Shown piece after piece: positions 8,863-18,717 of a stretch of 64,000 nt of DNA (position 1 is the first letter of the stretch; the number at the start of each line of letters is the position of its first letter). The translations under genes and the position numbers were made by a program. A model generated the notes under the pieces. That model made no database searches and had not been told where the DNA came from. It saw only the letters and a program-made list of their open reading frames with translations. This stretch comes from an uncultured virus (IMG/VR IMGVR_UViG_3300020044_008989). Taxonomy: Duplodnaviria > Heunggongvirae > Uroviricota > Caudoviricetes. The stretch covers positions 32,001-96,000 of the IMG/VR virus record IMGVR_UViG_3300020044_008989; one strand, 5' to 3'.

Positions 8863-10021
8863 CCACATAAAGGTTTTGTCCGACGCCAGTTTGGTAGAAT
8901 GATATTCCGTCATAGGACGTTAATGCTGGGGTCGCATAACCAGTAAATATGCCCGTCCTATCCCCCGACGATCCCCTAACGGGGATAGCCTCAAGAAAAG
9001 TTCTAGCCTCTCTTGGATAATCAAGCAAACCACTTGCATTGCCTGTCCAAAAATACCCAGATGCAAAATCGTCATATGGAAGAACCTTATAGTAACAAGG
9101 GACTCCTTTAGTTTGTTCGCTTTGATTTATTTTTAAATCGTAAGAGGCCAGCGTTCGGAAAATCGGGAAATTCTTTAACAGGTTCCCCGTTGATGGGTAA
9201 AATCCGCTAGACGCGCCCGTATAAACATTAAATTGCCGCACTAAAAAATTTGTGCCGTTTGCTGGCGTATCAATAGATAAAGTTACTGCCCCAGTCTGGC
9301 CTTCATTATATCCCGACACGCGAACATTCGTTATTTCGGCAGGAAGATGGTAAATTGTGAAGACGTTGTAATTCGTTTGCGCGTCCTCTTGGAGTTTGAA
9401 TTTTAACTTGTAATATCTCTGTGGCGATCCAAAAGCGCCAGAGTTTTGTTCGTAAGTATAGAGGTAGTTCGTAGAGACAACTCCAGAGCGGAAATTCTCC
9501 CCGCTTGGAGCGAAAGCATCTCCCGTTGTCATCACGTCAAAACCAATCGACACATCGACAAACGAGTTAACAAGGTCAAAATCGTTTGTAATTGGGTTCC
9601 CGTAACGATCCTCAAATTGAAAATCAAACGGTACATCCCTTTTTAGAGCTACCGAATAACCAACGCCAGTTCCGTTAGCAAAGTCTGAAGGAGTAAATTC
9701 GCTTGGCCTGCTAATCTGAGGAGGAACAACATAAACATACGGCGCTGGAGTAGTCGTGGTTGTAGTTGTTGTGGTGGTTGTAGTAGTCGTTGGGGCTACT
9801 GTAGTAGTAGGTGCAACGGTAGTGGTAGTTGGAGCTACCGTAGTTGTCGTGGTTGGAGCGACTGTTGTCGTAGTTGTGGGAGCTACTGTAGTTGTCGTTG
9901 GCGCAACAGTGGTCGTAGGAGGTGGCGTTGTTGGCGGAGGAGTAGTAGGCGGATATGTAGTCGTTGGCGGAACCGTTGTTGTTGGTGCCGCTGTAGTTGT
10001 CGGAGGAAGAGTTGTTGTCAT
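8825..10021 (-). CDS. Putative tail-tip protein with mucin-like Thr/Pro-rich N-terminus
   Basis: ~93 aa of PTT/VAPTTT repeats followed by a beta-rich domain; ATGA-coupled to tail J. Confidence 0.7.
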   Translation of the reverse strand: MTTTLPPTTTAAPTTTVPPTTTYPPTTPPPTTPPPTTTVAPTTTTVAPTTTTTVAPTTTTTVAPTTTTVAPTTTVAPTTTTTTTTTTTTTTPAPYVYVVPPQISRPSEFTPSDFANGTGVGYSVALKRDVPFDFQFEDRYGNPITNDFDLVNSFVDVSIGFDVMTTGDAFAPSGENFRSGVVSTNYLYTYEQNSGAFGSPQRYYKLKFKLQEDAQTNYNVFTIYHLPAEITNVRVSGYNEGQTGAVTLSIDTPANGTNFLVRQFNVYTGASSGFYPSTGNLLKNFPIFRTLASYDLKINQSEQTKGVPCYYKVLPYDDFASGYFWTGNASGLLDYPREARTFLEAIPVRGSSGDRTGIFTGYATPALTSYDGISFYQTGVGQNLYVVKSGQWKVATLV

Positions 10022-13000
10022 TGTTTGATGCTAATTCCAGCGAAGATGCTGTTAGTTCTGACGGGAGCAGAGTAGCTCAACACAGTAATTCCAGAAGAAT
10101 ATGTTGGCCCGATAGGATTAGGAACACTAGAAATATTTCGCGCCGAAACTTTTAATGTGAATCTCCCTGCTTGAGTTTGGTCGGTGAAGGTTGCGAATAA
10201 ATTAGTTGTTCTTCCCGTAATTGCATTGTATCGCGGCGTAATTAATTCATAATCATAATGAGTCGCCCCATTAACTCCAGACCATGCGCCCGAAATGTCA
10301 ATGCTGTCGGCCTGTTGGTCGTAATTGCCAGTATTTAAGGCATAAATTACGGGGAAACTTAGCTGATAGATATTATCTTGGGTAATTGTTGCTTCTCCTT
10401 GGGTCGGAGACGCTACATTCGGGTAGTTATTATAAAAATCCACTAATCCGCGCCCGCTTTCAATTTGCCCAAATTTTCCAGTATCAAATTTAATCGCCGA
10501 CACTTCATATTCCAAAGGAGAGCTTTCTCTTATGCTTGTGAGTTTGTAGATTTCTTGTTTTAACCCAGATAGGGTGATAGAGTAAATGCCGCCGATCTTG
10601 GCCTTGTCCAAGAGTAAAGTATTTTCGCCCGTCTGATTAATGAATAACTGGCACCCGTAGTCAAGATTCTGATAGCCCGATGTTTTAAAAGTGGCGATTT
10701 GAGGAACGTCGTTAGAGTAGAGTTCGTTCATTGCCAGCTTCGATGGACTCACGGCAAGATCGTAATAGTCGCTGTAAGTTTTTTGCCCTGTAGGAATAAA
10801 CAAACTAACCTCATTTAAGAACGTCCCAGTATCAAATTGCTCATCAAGACGCAAGATTTTATTTGTATAATCAATATCCAATACGCGGCCAATGTTTTTC
10901 TGTAGGGACTTTAGATCATCCTCTACTGAAATTAAGTCTCCTGGTCGGCAAGAAAGAACTTCTGGCCCGCAGATAAATGAGACTGCTTGGTTTTCATTGA
11001 TTGTAGAGTAAATGATGTGCTTACCAATACGGTTAGCATGAGCGCGAGATGTAACGCCAAAAGTATCAATGTCTGTTCTTAGAACGCCGCGCTTTTTGAT
11101 GTCTTCAGGGTCTTCAATATACTCTGTTTTTACCTTGAAACCATCGTCGCGGTCAAAATAGCTAACTTCCAAAGTGTTATACTGTTGGTCGCGCCGCGAG
11201 TTTGTATAGTTAAAAAGACCGTCTTTGGCGTTTTGATTATTAAAGAAGTAAGTAGGAAGTTTTACTCTGTCATCTGTGAAGTCAATAAAAGAGTTGGAGT
11301 AAAAAATATTACCCCTGAAAGTCGAAACGAGGTTTTTGATAGCGTCAAATACATTAACTTTGTCTGCGATGATGATATTGCAAGCATATCTTGGTTCTAA
11401 TCCGCCAGTTGCGCTAGGGGTTCCGTAAAAATATCCATCGTCGTCCACCGAATCGCAGAATCGGCCAATCTTATAAAGTTCCCAGATATTAATCTGGTCG
11501 GCGGAAACATAATTTCCCATTCCGTAGCGGCGATTAATCAATAAGTCAAAAAGAATCCACGCAGGATTATCTGACCATGCTTCTTTGAAAGTCCCATCCC
11601 AATCCCCATCGTAGATTAGTTTATCAGAAGTTTCAGCGGCGGCAAATTCGGCGGTTGTTTTATAAAGGCGCTTATCAGAACCGTCTGCTTTGAGAGGATA
11701 GTAATTACTAGGAACAAATATCCTTTTGAGTCTCACGTCATAAGAGCGAGGAGGCAGGGAGGAAAGAGTTCTTGAGTCAAGCTTAATGCCGACAATTGCT
11801 GTATTTGGGTAAGAAAACTTTGCGTCAATAATTTCTGTTATCTTTTCGAGGGAAATTTCGCGCTGAATTAATGAGGAATACGTTTCGTGTGTCGTTCTTA
11901 CGACTCTGACGTAGCGGAATGATCCTTCAACTGGTTCTGGCAGAGTCAGTTCAGATGCAATATTCTCCGTTCCTTGAATAAACCGAGAGTAGTTTGGAAC
12001 ATTATTTGCATTTTCTGCGCGGCCAATATCAATTAAGGCTGGAGTTTCGGCAAGGCCAATGACCTGATAAACGATTGATTTTGTAGCGGGCAATTCTACT
12101 CCGTTGGAATCTTGAAGGCCAACTTCAATTTTGAATCTTACGGCAGATGGAATTTTGGAGCCCGCGTCCACTGATTGAGTTGTGCCAGTAAGCGTTTTAT
12201 TTGTTTCAGCAGTGTCAGACAGGGCTCGAATGCCCATCGTCACATAAACTGACCCTACATTAGGGTTTCTCACGACATGAACAACAGAGTTTGGCTCTTC
12301 ATCGAACTGAGAGATGGAAGACGCGCTCCAATCCGAATAGGATTTTGATGCCCTAGTGTCAAGACTACCTTCTGTTGGATTGGCAAAAGCGATGGCGGCA
12401 GATAAATATTTAACGCGCTCAGTTTCGGTTAAATTGATTGAGCGCCACGCATAAATATAATCGCCTTCTTGTTGCCCTAGATATTCGCGATAGAAGTATT
12501 TCCCAATATAGGAGTAAACTCCTGTTGTTCTAGTTATTGTAATTAAGAAATATTGGTTTCCAGCTCTATTAAACTTAACTTTTAATACAAAATCGTCGCC
12601 AGTTTGAGTCAGTGTTTTTGTAATTTTTGGACTCCAAAATGCAACGGTGCTTAGCGTCGTTTGATAGAATTCTCCATCTTTTGTAAGTCGCCCTTGAAGA
12701 TTCCAAAGGGTTTCTAAAGTTGTTTTATCTGGAACTGAAATTAAACTCTCAGAAGAAGTCGCCGAAGAATCTGTGGAATTTTCTGGGAGATAGTCAATCA
12801 CCCCATCTGTTGAGGCTTGAACAAACGTCTTAACTTTGAGAATTTGCCCCTGATTAGAAAACGGGCCGAGTAATTTAATTCCGTATTGTTTGTCAAGATA
12901 CGTCTTGTCAAAGAATCCAAGCGGTTGTTGAAGTTCTTCGCCCTTTCTTGCTTCGGCTAGGATGTTTGAGTAATTATATTTTTCCTCAGTAAAGTCAATA

Positions 13001-13998
13001 ACATGAAAGTTCGAAACAACGTCTCTTAACGAAGTGACCGTTTCTTCTGTGGGGAATCCGTTCTCGTGAATTCCAAAAATATAAATGTATCCGCCCAATT
13101 CATTTGGTCCAACTTGAGAGATGAAACTCATGTCAATCCACCCAAGGGGCCGAATCAAACGCCGCCTGCCGAGTTCACTGATTTCTAATTTTTCCGATAT
13201 AATTTCAGAGATGTCGTTTTCAAGATAAAAGGCCGTGCTTTTTCCAACTGGAACATCGCTAATTGATTGGACTCCCTCTGAAGAGTCGTAGATGTTTCCG
13301 AGGTTAATTTTGACGCAAAAGAATGGATAATCTGTGGATGATGGGTTGTCTTTTAAAATACTATTTTCGATTACCGACTCTGTGGAGAAAGCGTCGTAAC
13401 GTAATAGTTTTTGTTTGGCAATTTCAACTATGCTTGATTCATTAGCGGAATCATTGGAGAATTTGCTTAAAAGATTGCGGCCCTTTAAAATGGCCTTGGC
13501 GATGTTCTTTTTGCCGTAAATTATTTCGGCGCTTAATTCTTCATCTCCAACAATGTGAGCCTGATACGGATTAGATACGGATAAACTTGGATCGTAAGAA
13601 ACATCTTCCGTAGAAAGATTAGACAATGAATAGTCTTGAAAATTTTCGCCCGAAAACCAGTTGCTTGTGACGGAACTCATGATTCCAGCTAGACTCACGG
13701 TGGCCTTGGGGATTGTCGCGTCAAGAGGGTTAATTGTTTTCTTTACTGGAACGTCGTCAATGTAGATACCCTCAAAGATGCGATGCCCATCAACGAATTG
13801 ACCATTTTGATTAACAATACCGCCGATTGGGCCTTCGCTTAGTGCGTCAACTGATTCTGAATAACTGTAGCTCGAAATTGCGGACAAAAAACCTAATTTG
13901 GGCGGATTGAGCCTGGGGGCGGGAGGGGCATCGCCCTTATCGCCACCACCGCCAGCACCTCCAACAGTTGAGAAATTTTTAGTTAGGAAGTGGTTCAT
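10018..13998 (-). CDS. Tail tip / host-specificity protein (lambda gpJ-like)
   Basis: DALSEGPIGG; YPNTAIVG; WDGTFKEAWSDNPAWILFDLLINRRYGMG; EPRYACN; FGVTSRAHA. Confidence 0.92.
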   Translation of the reverse strand: MNHFLTKNFSTVGGAGGGGDKGDAPPAPRLNPPKLGFLSAISSYSYSESVDALSEGPIGGIVNQNGQFVDGHRIFEGIYIDDVPVKKTINPLDATIPKATVSLAGIMSSVTSNWFSGENFQDYSLSNLSTEDVSYDPSLSVSNPYQAHIVGDEELSAEIIYGKKNIAKAILKGRNLLSKFSNDSANESSIVEIAKQKLLRYDAFSTESVIENSILKDNPSSTDYPFFCVKINLGNIYDSSEGVQSISDVPVGKSTAFYLENDISEIISEKLEISELGRRRLIRPLGWIDMSFISQVGPNELGGYIYIFGIHENGFPTEETVTSLRDVVSNFHVIDFTEEKYNYSNILAEARKGEELQQPLGFFDKTYLDKQYGIKLLGPFSNQGQILKVKTFVQASTDGVIDYLPENSTDSSATSSESLISVPDKTTLETLWNLQGRLTKDGEFYQTTLSTVAFWSPKITKTLTQTGDDFVLKVKFNRAGNQYFLITITRTTGVYSYIGKYFYREYLGQQEGDYIYAWRSINLTETERVKYLSAAIAFANPTEGSLDTRASKSYSDWSASSISQFDEEPNSVVHVVRNPNVGSVYVTMGIRALSDTAETNKTLTGTTQSVDAGSKIPSAVRFKIEVGLQDSNGVELPATKSIVYQVIGLAETPALIDIGRAENANNVPNYSRFIQGTENIASELTLPEPVEGSFRYVRVVRTTHETYSSLIQREISLEKITEIIDAKFSYPNTAIVGIKLDSRTLSSLPPRSYDVRLKRIFVPSNYYPLKADGSDKRLYKTTAEFAAAETSDKLIYDGDWDGTFKEAWSDNPAWILFDLLINRRYGMGNYVSADQINIWELYKIGRFCDSVDDDGYFYGTPSATGGLEPRYACNIIIADKVNVFDAIKNLVSTFRGNIFYSNSFIDFTDDRVKLPTYFFNNQNAKDGLFNYTNSRRDQQYNTLEVSYFDRDDGFKVKTEYIEDPEDIKKRGVLRTDIDTFGVTSRAHANRIGKHIIYSTINENQAVSFICGPEVLSCRPGDLISVEDDLKSLQKNIGRVLDIDYTNKILRLDEQFDTGTFLNEVSLFIPTGQKTYSDYYDLAVSPSKLAMNELYSNDVPQIATFKTSGYQNLDYGCQLFINQTGENTLLLDKAKIGGIYSITLSGLKQEIYKLTSIRESSPLEYEVSAIKFDTGKFGQIESGRGLVDFYNNYPNVASPTQGEATITQDNIYQLSFPVIYALNTGNYDQQADSIDISGAWSGVNGATHYDYELITPRYNAITGRTTNLFATFTDQTQAGRFTLKVSARNISSVPNPIGPTYSSGITVLSYSAPVRTNSIFAGISIKQ

Positions 13999-14681
13999 TC
14001 CATTGGTTGATTTGTTTGAATAATTTGTTCTCGGTCAATCATTGAGAATTGAGATAATCCGCGTTTTGTTGCGAGTTCAGTAAATTCAGAATAGATCGGG
14101 GTAGAATTTTCTTCGTCGAACTTCGCTGGGAAACTCTTCACTGTTGACTGGATAACCGCCGAACCAATTCTTAGCCTTCCGAAACCTATGGGCATAGGAA
14201 TACCCTGCTCAGTAACATTTTCGCCGTTGCTGAATAAAAATGACTTACTTAATGCAGTTGATGTCGCTGATGCGGAGCCAGCGTCAATTTTTTGGTCTTT
14301 CTGCATCAAATTAGAGATGCCGTAAGAGATAGCCGCTGACCCTAACGCCACAAGATACACAACAGCCCATTCTGGCGCGTATAAGGCCGCTGCGTAGAGG
14401 ACAACGCCAATAGCAGTGACAACACCCGCACTACCAGAGATGGCGGGCAGAATGTGGATTTCCTTGGCATTTGTTTTCTCAACACTAAATTTATTTGCCA
14501 AACTTCCATCCACAACAACAGAGTAATTCGCGCCGCCCTTACTCAATTCAAGGAGCCTGTTAACAAAGCCTTTTTTGTTGGCGTCAATAGCCCAAACAGC
14601 ATCTCTTGGGCGACTCAGAGAAAATCTGAATTTGCGCCCGAACTCTTTTGCAAGTAATCCATGTAAGTAAACCGTGGTCAT
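13995..14681 (-). CDS. Tail assembly protein (lambda gpI-like)
   Basis: MTTVYLHGLLAKEFG; IHILPAISGS; SFLFS...QGIPMPIGFGRLRIGS. Confidence 0.88.
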   Translation of the reverse strand: MTTVYLHGLLAKEFGRKFRFSLSRPRDAVWAIDANKKGFVNRLLELSKGGANYSVVVDGSLANKFSVEKTNAKEIHILPAISGSAGVVTAIGVVLYAAALYAPEWAVVYLVALGSAAISYGISNLMQKDQKIDAGSASATSTALSKSFLFSNGENVTEQGIPMPIGFGRLRIGSAVIQSTVKSFPAKFDEENSTPIYSEFTELATKRGLSQFSMIDREQIIQTNQPME

Positions 14682-15067
14682 TTTAATGCTTCCCTAACCT
14701 TCTCAAGATTTACACTGGAGATTTCCAGATTGGGCGGCACATAAATGTTAAACTTATCCTCCCCTAACGAGTAAACAATAAAAGGCAAACAACAATTATC
14801 GGCGGTAATTTTATCCCACTCAGAAAACTGAGAGTCCCCATAAATGTGAGAATGGAAGACGGCCAAAAACTCATGCTCATTCTTAAACATGAGAAGTTCC
14901 AAAGGATCAACGGCAAAGAAATTTTGAGGGTCTGGGGCGCGATTTTTAACAATCTTAGCGACAGGCTTGCCATCTTTTAACCCCCATAAGCCAACAATCT
15001 CCCTATTCGGGCACGCGAGGCTTTCGTTTTTAAAGTATTCTAGGCAGGACTTAAGATTTTCGATCAT
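14678..15067 (-). CDS. Tail assembly protein (lambda gpK-like, JAB/MPN domain only)
   Basis: PNREIVG...VFHSH...SEWD; lies between L and I. Confidence 0.85.
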   Translation of the reverse strand: MIENLKSCLEYFKNESLACPNREIVGLWGLKDGKPVAKIVKNRAPDPQNFFAVDPLELLMFKNEHEFLAVFHSHIYGDSQFSEWDKITADNCCLPFIVYSLGEDKFNIYVPPNLEISSVNLEKVREALK

Positions 15068-16044
15068 TGTGTTCCTCGGCTGTATTTGTCGGTAGCTGGG
15101 AAACCTCCGAAAGGAAGGGATTTTTCGCTGTCTTGTAACCCGTAAGACAAAGGATTAGCGACTGTAACGCTTCCAGTATAAGAGATGCCCGTTTCTAAAA
15201 AATGTTTTCGACACGCACCAATGGTTTTCTGACATCCATCCTTACTCCAGACTAGGGCGTTAATCGCGGGCTGATTGATTTCGTTAGACAAGTGATCCAT
15301 ATTTGCCACAAAATAAGTTTTGTATGGGTCTTTTGCTGTTGGAAGGTAAGAAACTGCGCCAGATAAATAAGTCACTCCATAGCGCCACTCACTTTCGGTG
15401 CTCTGAAAATTAAATTGCCCTGTAGGAGCGATAGGGAATGGCGTCCCATCTTCTTTTTCTACGGGCGGACCCCAGTAATTACAACCGCAACCCCTGTATT
15501 GCCAGTGACAGTATCGAGGGGAAATTGCTCTTGCTGGCACGGTGAAATCAGAAATATCATATGGTGCCGTACATTCAAACTCAACGATTTGGCGGTTTTC
15601 CCCTAGTTTTTGAGAAACAATGAAAGTATCAACAATTTCTTGCGTCGAATCTGGTGCTCCAAAAGGATTTTCGCCGCCGTCAAAATTCGCATCGTCAATA
15701 AACCTCATTTGGGTTCTGACGCGGGCGATTTTGGCGTCCTTTAAGTCGTTCTTTTTGCGGAGAATCTGGGAAATTAACAATCCGTCGTTAGAAATTCTTA
15801 GTTTTGGGCGCTGAATTCTGTCTAATGTCGAGACTTCTAGGTTTTCGAATTCAATGGGTAACGGATTATATTGTGTCCCCTGCCAAAAGATTGCGCCGCC
15901 ATATCCATTGCTGGATGAGCACATAGGGTAATAACTACTAGGCTCGTTTACAGGGTCGTAGTAAAGACGGAACAATTCTACCTGCTGACTTGCTGGGTCG
16001 TTTAGGGAAAGTAGTCCTGCGATGAATTTTTCTGATAGAGCCAT
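15064..16044 (-). CDS. Minor tail protein (lambda gpL-like, Fe-S cysteines)
   Basis: RPKLRISN; FIDDANF; CHWQYRGCGCNY; DGCQKTIGACRKHF; LPFGGFP. Confidence 0.92.
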   Translation of the reverse strand: MALSEKFIAGLLSLNDPASQQVELFRLYYDPVNEPSSYYPMCSSSNGYGGAIFWQGTQYNPLPIEFENLEVSTLDRIQRPKLRISNDGLLISQILRKKNDLKDAKIARVRTQMRFIDDANFDGGENPFGAPDSTQEIVDTFIVSQKLGENRQIVEFECTAPYDISDFTVPARAISPRYCHWQYRGCGCNYWGPPVEKEDGTPFPIAPTGQFNFQSTESEWRYGVTYLSGAVSYLPTAKDPYKTYFVANMDHLSNEINQPAINALVWSKDGCQKTIGACRKHFLETGISYTGSVTVANPLSYGLQDSEKSLPFGGFPATDKYSRGTQ

Positions 16045-16046
16045 GA

Positions 16047-16571
16047 ATGCCTGTTAGTATATTAACCGATACCTTGACTACTTTACACCCCATAAACCCC
16101 GAGTGGATTCTGATCTCAGGTCAGGAGTTGATTAATACCCGCCAACAAGTTTGGCCGTTCTTTCTTGATTATTGCCTGAAGAGGAATCCGTTGCCAGAAT
16201 TTGAAGGATCATTTTCCGAGAAACAGAGAAAAATCGCCGACTATTTTCAATCCACCTTTACTAGAGAAAAGGATTTAGTTTTGCGGGCGGTAGGAAATTC
16301 CCTAACAGGATTTGTAGTATTCGATCCCCAGAACTGGAGTTTAGAGGGCGAATTCCCAGACAGAACCGTGGAGTTAGTAATCGCAGGATCAAATTCCAAA
16401 AACCCATGGCTGGATAAGAAAGACTTTGAAATTTTAGCCGCCGCTTATAAAAATCATAAGGGCTGTTCCTATATTGGTATGAATGTTCGCCGCGAATGGA
16501 AGGGTGACAAGTTTAAGAATTTCTGCCAGCGATTAGGATTCAAAGAGTCGGGCGAATTGTTTTTACTATGA
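16047..16571 (+). CDS. Hypothetical GNAT-like protein
   Basis: LTGFVVF...NFCQRLGFKE. Confidence 0.4.
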   Translation: MPVSILTDTLTTLHPINPEWILISGQELINTRQQVWPFFLDYCLKRNPLPEFEGSFSEKQRKIADYFQSTFTREKDLVLRAVGNSLTGFVVFDPQNWSLEGEFPDRTVELVIAGSNSKNPWLDKKDFEILAAAYKNHKGCSYIGMNVRREWKGDKFKNFCQRLGFKESGELFLL

Positions 16572-17110
16572 CCCATACAAAATTCAAACACAACCTTGAT
16601 AAATCTGGAGACTGCGCTGATAGCGGGTTCTCTTGCGAAGAAAAGTTTAAACTCTTGGCTGAAAAACAAGGCTACGAGGTCATTGTCGTGAGTCGCGAAA
16701 TGCAGTTTTCTCATGTGGATTTTATCCTTAAAAAGGATGGAAATCAATGGAAGTTTGAGTGCAAGGGTCGAAAAAAGATTCGGCGGGCTGACGAAGGTTT
16801 TGCTGATCACGTTACATGGGTTGAATTTAAGCGTACGGATGGCAAAAACGGGTGGCTATATGGATGTGCTGATTATTTGGCGATTGAACAAGAAAAGGAA
16901 TTTATAATAATTTCAAGAAAAGACCTTCAAGAATTAGCCGAAAAATTAGTTGACCGCACAAAAACAGTTGATAAAGCCTTTAAAGCTCACAACGTATCAT
17001 ATCGGAGATTCAATCGCCGCGATGAAATTTCATATATAGACACAAGCGAAATTAAGAAACAAAAGATTAAAATTTGGCCCAAAATAGAAACGGAGTCTTT
17101 TGATGACTGA
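16568..17110 (+). CDS. PD-(D/E)XK nuclease
   Basis: E...HVDF...FECKG; WVEF; GWLYG. Confidence 0.75.
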   Translation: MTHTKFKHNLDKSGDCADSGFSCEEKFKLLAEKQGYEVIVVSREMQFSHVDFILKKDGNQWKFECKGRKKIRRADEGFADHVTWVEFKRTDGKNGWLYGCADYLAIEQEKEFIIISRKDLQELAEKLVDRTKTVDKAFKAHNVSYRRFNRRDEISYIDTSEIKKQKIKIWPKIETESFDD

Positions 17111-17828
17111 AGGAATATTCAATGGCGTTCCAAAAGAGATGTCAAAAACAAAAGAGGCTTACGCTTGGCACGCGATAAAGGGAAGATGTTATAATCCTAA
17201 GAACCGTGCTTATAAATACTATGGGGCTAGAGGAATAAAAGTTTGCCCCGAGTGGAGGAATTCATTTCGGAGTTTTTACAACGACATGGGAAAGGCTCCA
17301 AGCAAAGACCATTCAATAGATCGAATAAATGTAAACGGAGATTATGCTCCAGAAAATTGCCGATGGGCAACCATTAAAGAACAAAATAGAAACAAGAGAA
17401 CCACCGTATTTGTAACTCTAAACGGCGAACAACTATCTTTAGCAGAAGCTTGTGAGAGATTCGGTATTCGATATGAATACGCCATTGAATGGGTTAAAAA
17501 AGGAGAGAATGATTTTTTCTTAATTTTAGAGAAAAGAAAAGAGCTAGAGGAGTACAGGTTTATTAATACTTGCGGAAACCCTAATTTATTTAGACCTGTA
17601 AACCAATTATCTCTATCATGCGGATCGCTCATAAAAAAATGGGAATCAATAAAAGATGCGTCTCTGCATTTTTCTGGCATTTTAAGTTCTCATATATCAA
17701 ATGTTGCTAGATTAAATTCAAAATACATAAATGCTCATGGGTTTGCATGGGCATATGACGGAGAAATTGACAGTAAAAAAGAAGAAATTTTGAGTAGGAG
17801 GAAAAATATGTTGACAACCGATAGTTAA
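17100..17828 (+). CDS. HNH homing endonuclease with NUMOD1-like C-terminus
   Basis: WHAIKGRCYNP; YGARGIKVCPEW; SIDRINVNGDYAPENCRWAT; WESIKDAS. Confidence 0.88.
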   Translation: MMTEGIFNGVPKEMSKTKEAYAWHAIKGRCYNPKNRAYKYYGARGIKVCPEWRNSFRSFYNDMGKAPSKDHSIDRINVNGDYAPENCRWATIKEQNRNKRTTVFVTLNGEQLSLAEACERFGIRYEYAIEWVKKGENDFFLILEKRKELEEYRFINTCGNPNLFRPVNQLSLSCGSLIKKWESIKDASLHFSGILSSHISNVARLNSKYINAHGFAWAYDGEIDSKKEEILSRRKNMLTTDS

Positions 17829-17870
17829 AGATTATGCTGTGCTGACAACAAAACAAATACAATACTCAAT

Positions 17871-18032
17871 ATGGCCGAAAACCCCTACAACAAACTAACA
17901 ATCGAAGCCTCAGAAGGCGGCTGGATTGTTTCCGAAGCTAAAATGCCTAAAAAGGTGTTTTTCAAGTGGCAATGGGTGATTAATCACCTTGAGTCAAGGC
18001 TAGTCACAAAAGGTTATCCAGCGAATGACTAA
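17871..18032 (+). CDS. Small hypothetical protein (53 aa, not in ORF track)
   Basis: Read by hand, MAENPYNKL...; A/C-rich leader after TTGACA at 17811. Confidence 0.45.
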   Translation: MAENPYNKLTIEASEGGWIVSEAKMPKKVFFKWQWVINHLESRLVTKGYPAND

Positions 18033-18175
18033 TATGAAAGAAGAACTCCCAACCAACATAACAACCCTCCTCCAAGACATTCTTGAATGGATGGGCGAAA
18101 ATGATTATGAATGCGGCCCTCGTGGGTCGGAATTATATCAGGAGATTTATAAAACCCTTGGAGGGGAGGAATAAC

Positions 18176-18439
18176 ATGATTACGGCACAACAAGCAAGAG
18201 AACTATCTGGGCCGACTTCAGAAGAATACGCCCTCTTTTTTGAGGAAAAAATTAAAGAGGCCGCGTCTAAAGGGTTGCGCAGCATTTGTCAATATCACGG
18301 AAAACTTGAAAACGAGGCGTATTCTAATACTCAGGTTTGGAAAAATATTATTGAATATATGAAGGGCTTAGGATATGCGACATCTCTTCATTACGAGGAG
18401 CGTCAGTTTGTGGATATGAGAATCAACATCACTTGGTAA
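18176..18439 (+). CDS. Hypothetical protein
   Basis: MITAQQARELS start directly after an upstream stop. Confidence 0.55.
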   Translation: MITAQQARELSGPTSEEYALFFEEKIKEAASKGLRSICQYHGKLENEAYSNTQVWKNIIEYMKGLGYATSLHYEERQFVDMRINITW

Positions 18440-18440
18440 T

Positions 18441-18704
18441 ATGAACAACAACCCACCAGAATTCGCCGCCGAAAAACTTCTAGTAGAAACTAGAAAATCC
18501 GTCTTTGGTATCCAGCGCTGGAACAAGGATGTGATGATTTCGTTCTTTCCTGTAAATTTTGAGGGCGAAAGGTTGAATTACGATTCGGGCATCAACAAGG
18601 TTTATGATTTGTTTCTGACCACGGAACAGATGGAATTTTTGATTCGCGAATACAATAATCAAACGGCGGACGAATTTTCTGTTGTTGACAAACTGAAAGA
18701 CTGA
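18441..18704 (+). CDS. Hypothetical protein
   Basis: Operon-packed ORF. Confidence 0.5.
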   Translation: MNNNPPEFAAEKLLVETRKSVFGIQRWNKDVMISFFPVNFEGERLNYDSGINKVYDLFLTTEQMEFLIREYNNQTADEFSVVDKLKD

Positions 18705-18717
18705 GGTAAACTGAGAC

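Noticed and set aside
9756-10028. Poly-Val ORF on the plus strand
   Set aside because: Antisense shadow of the Thr-rich repeat
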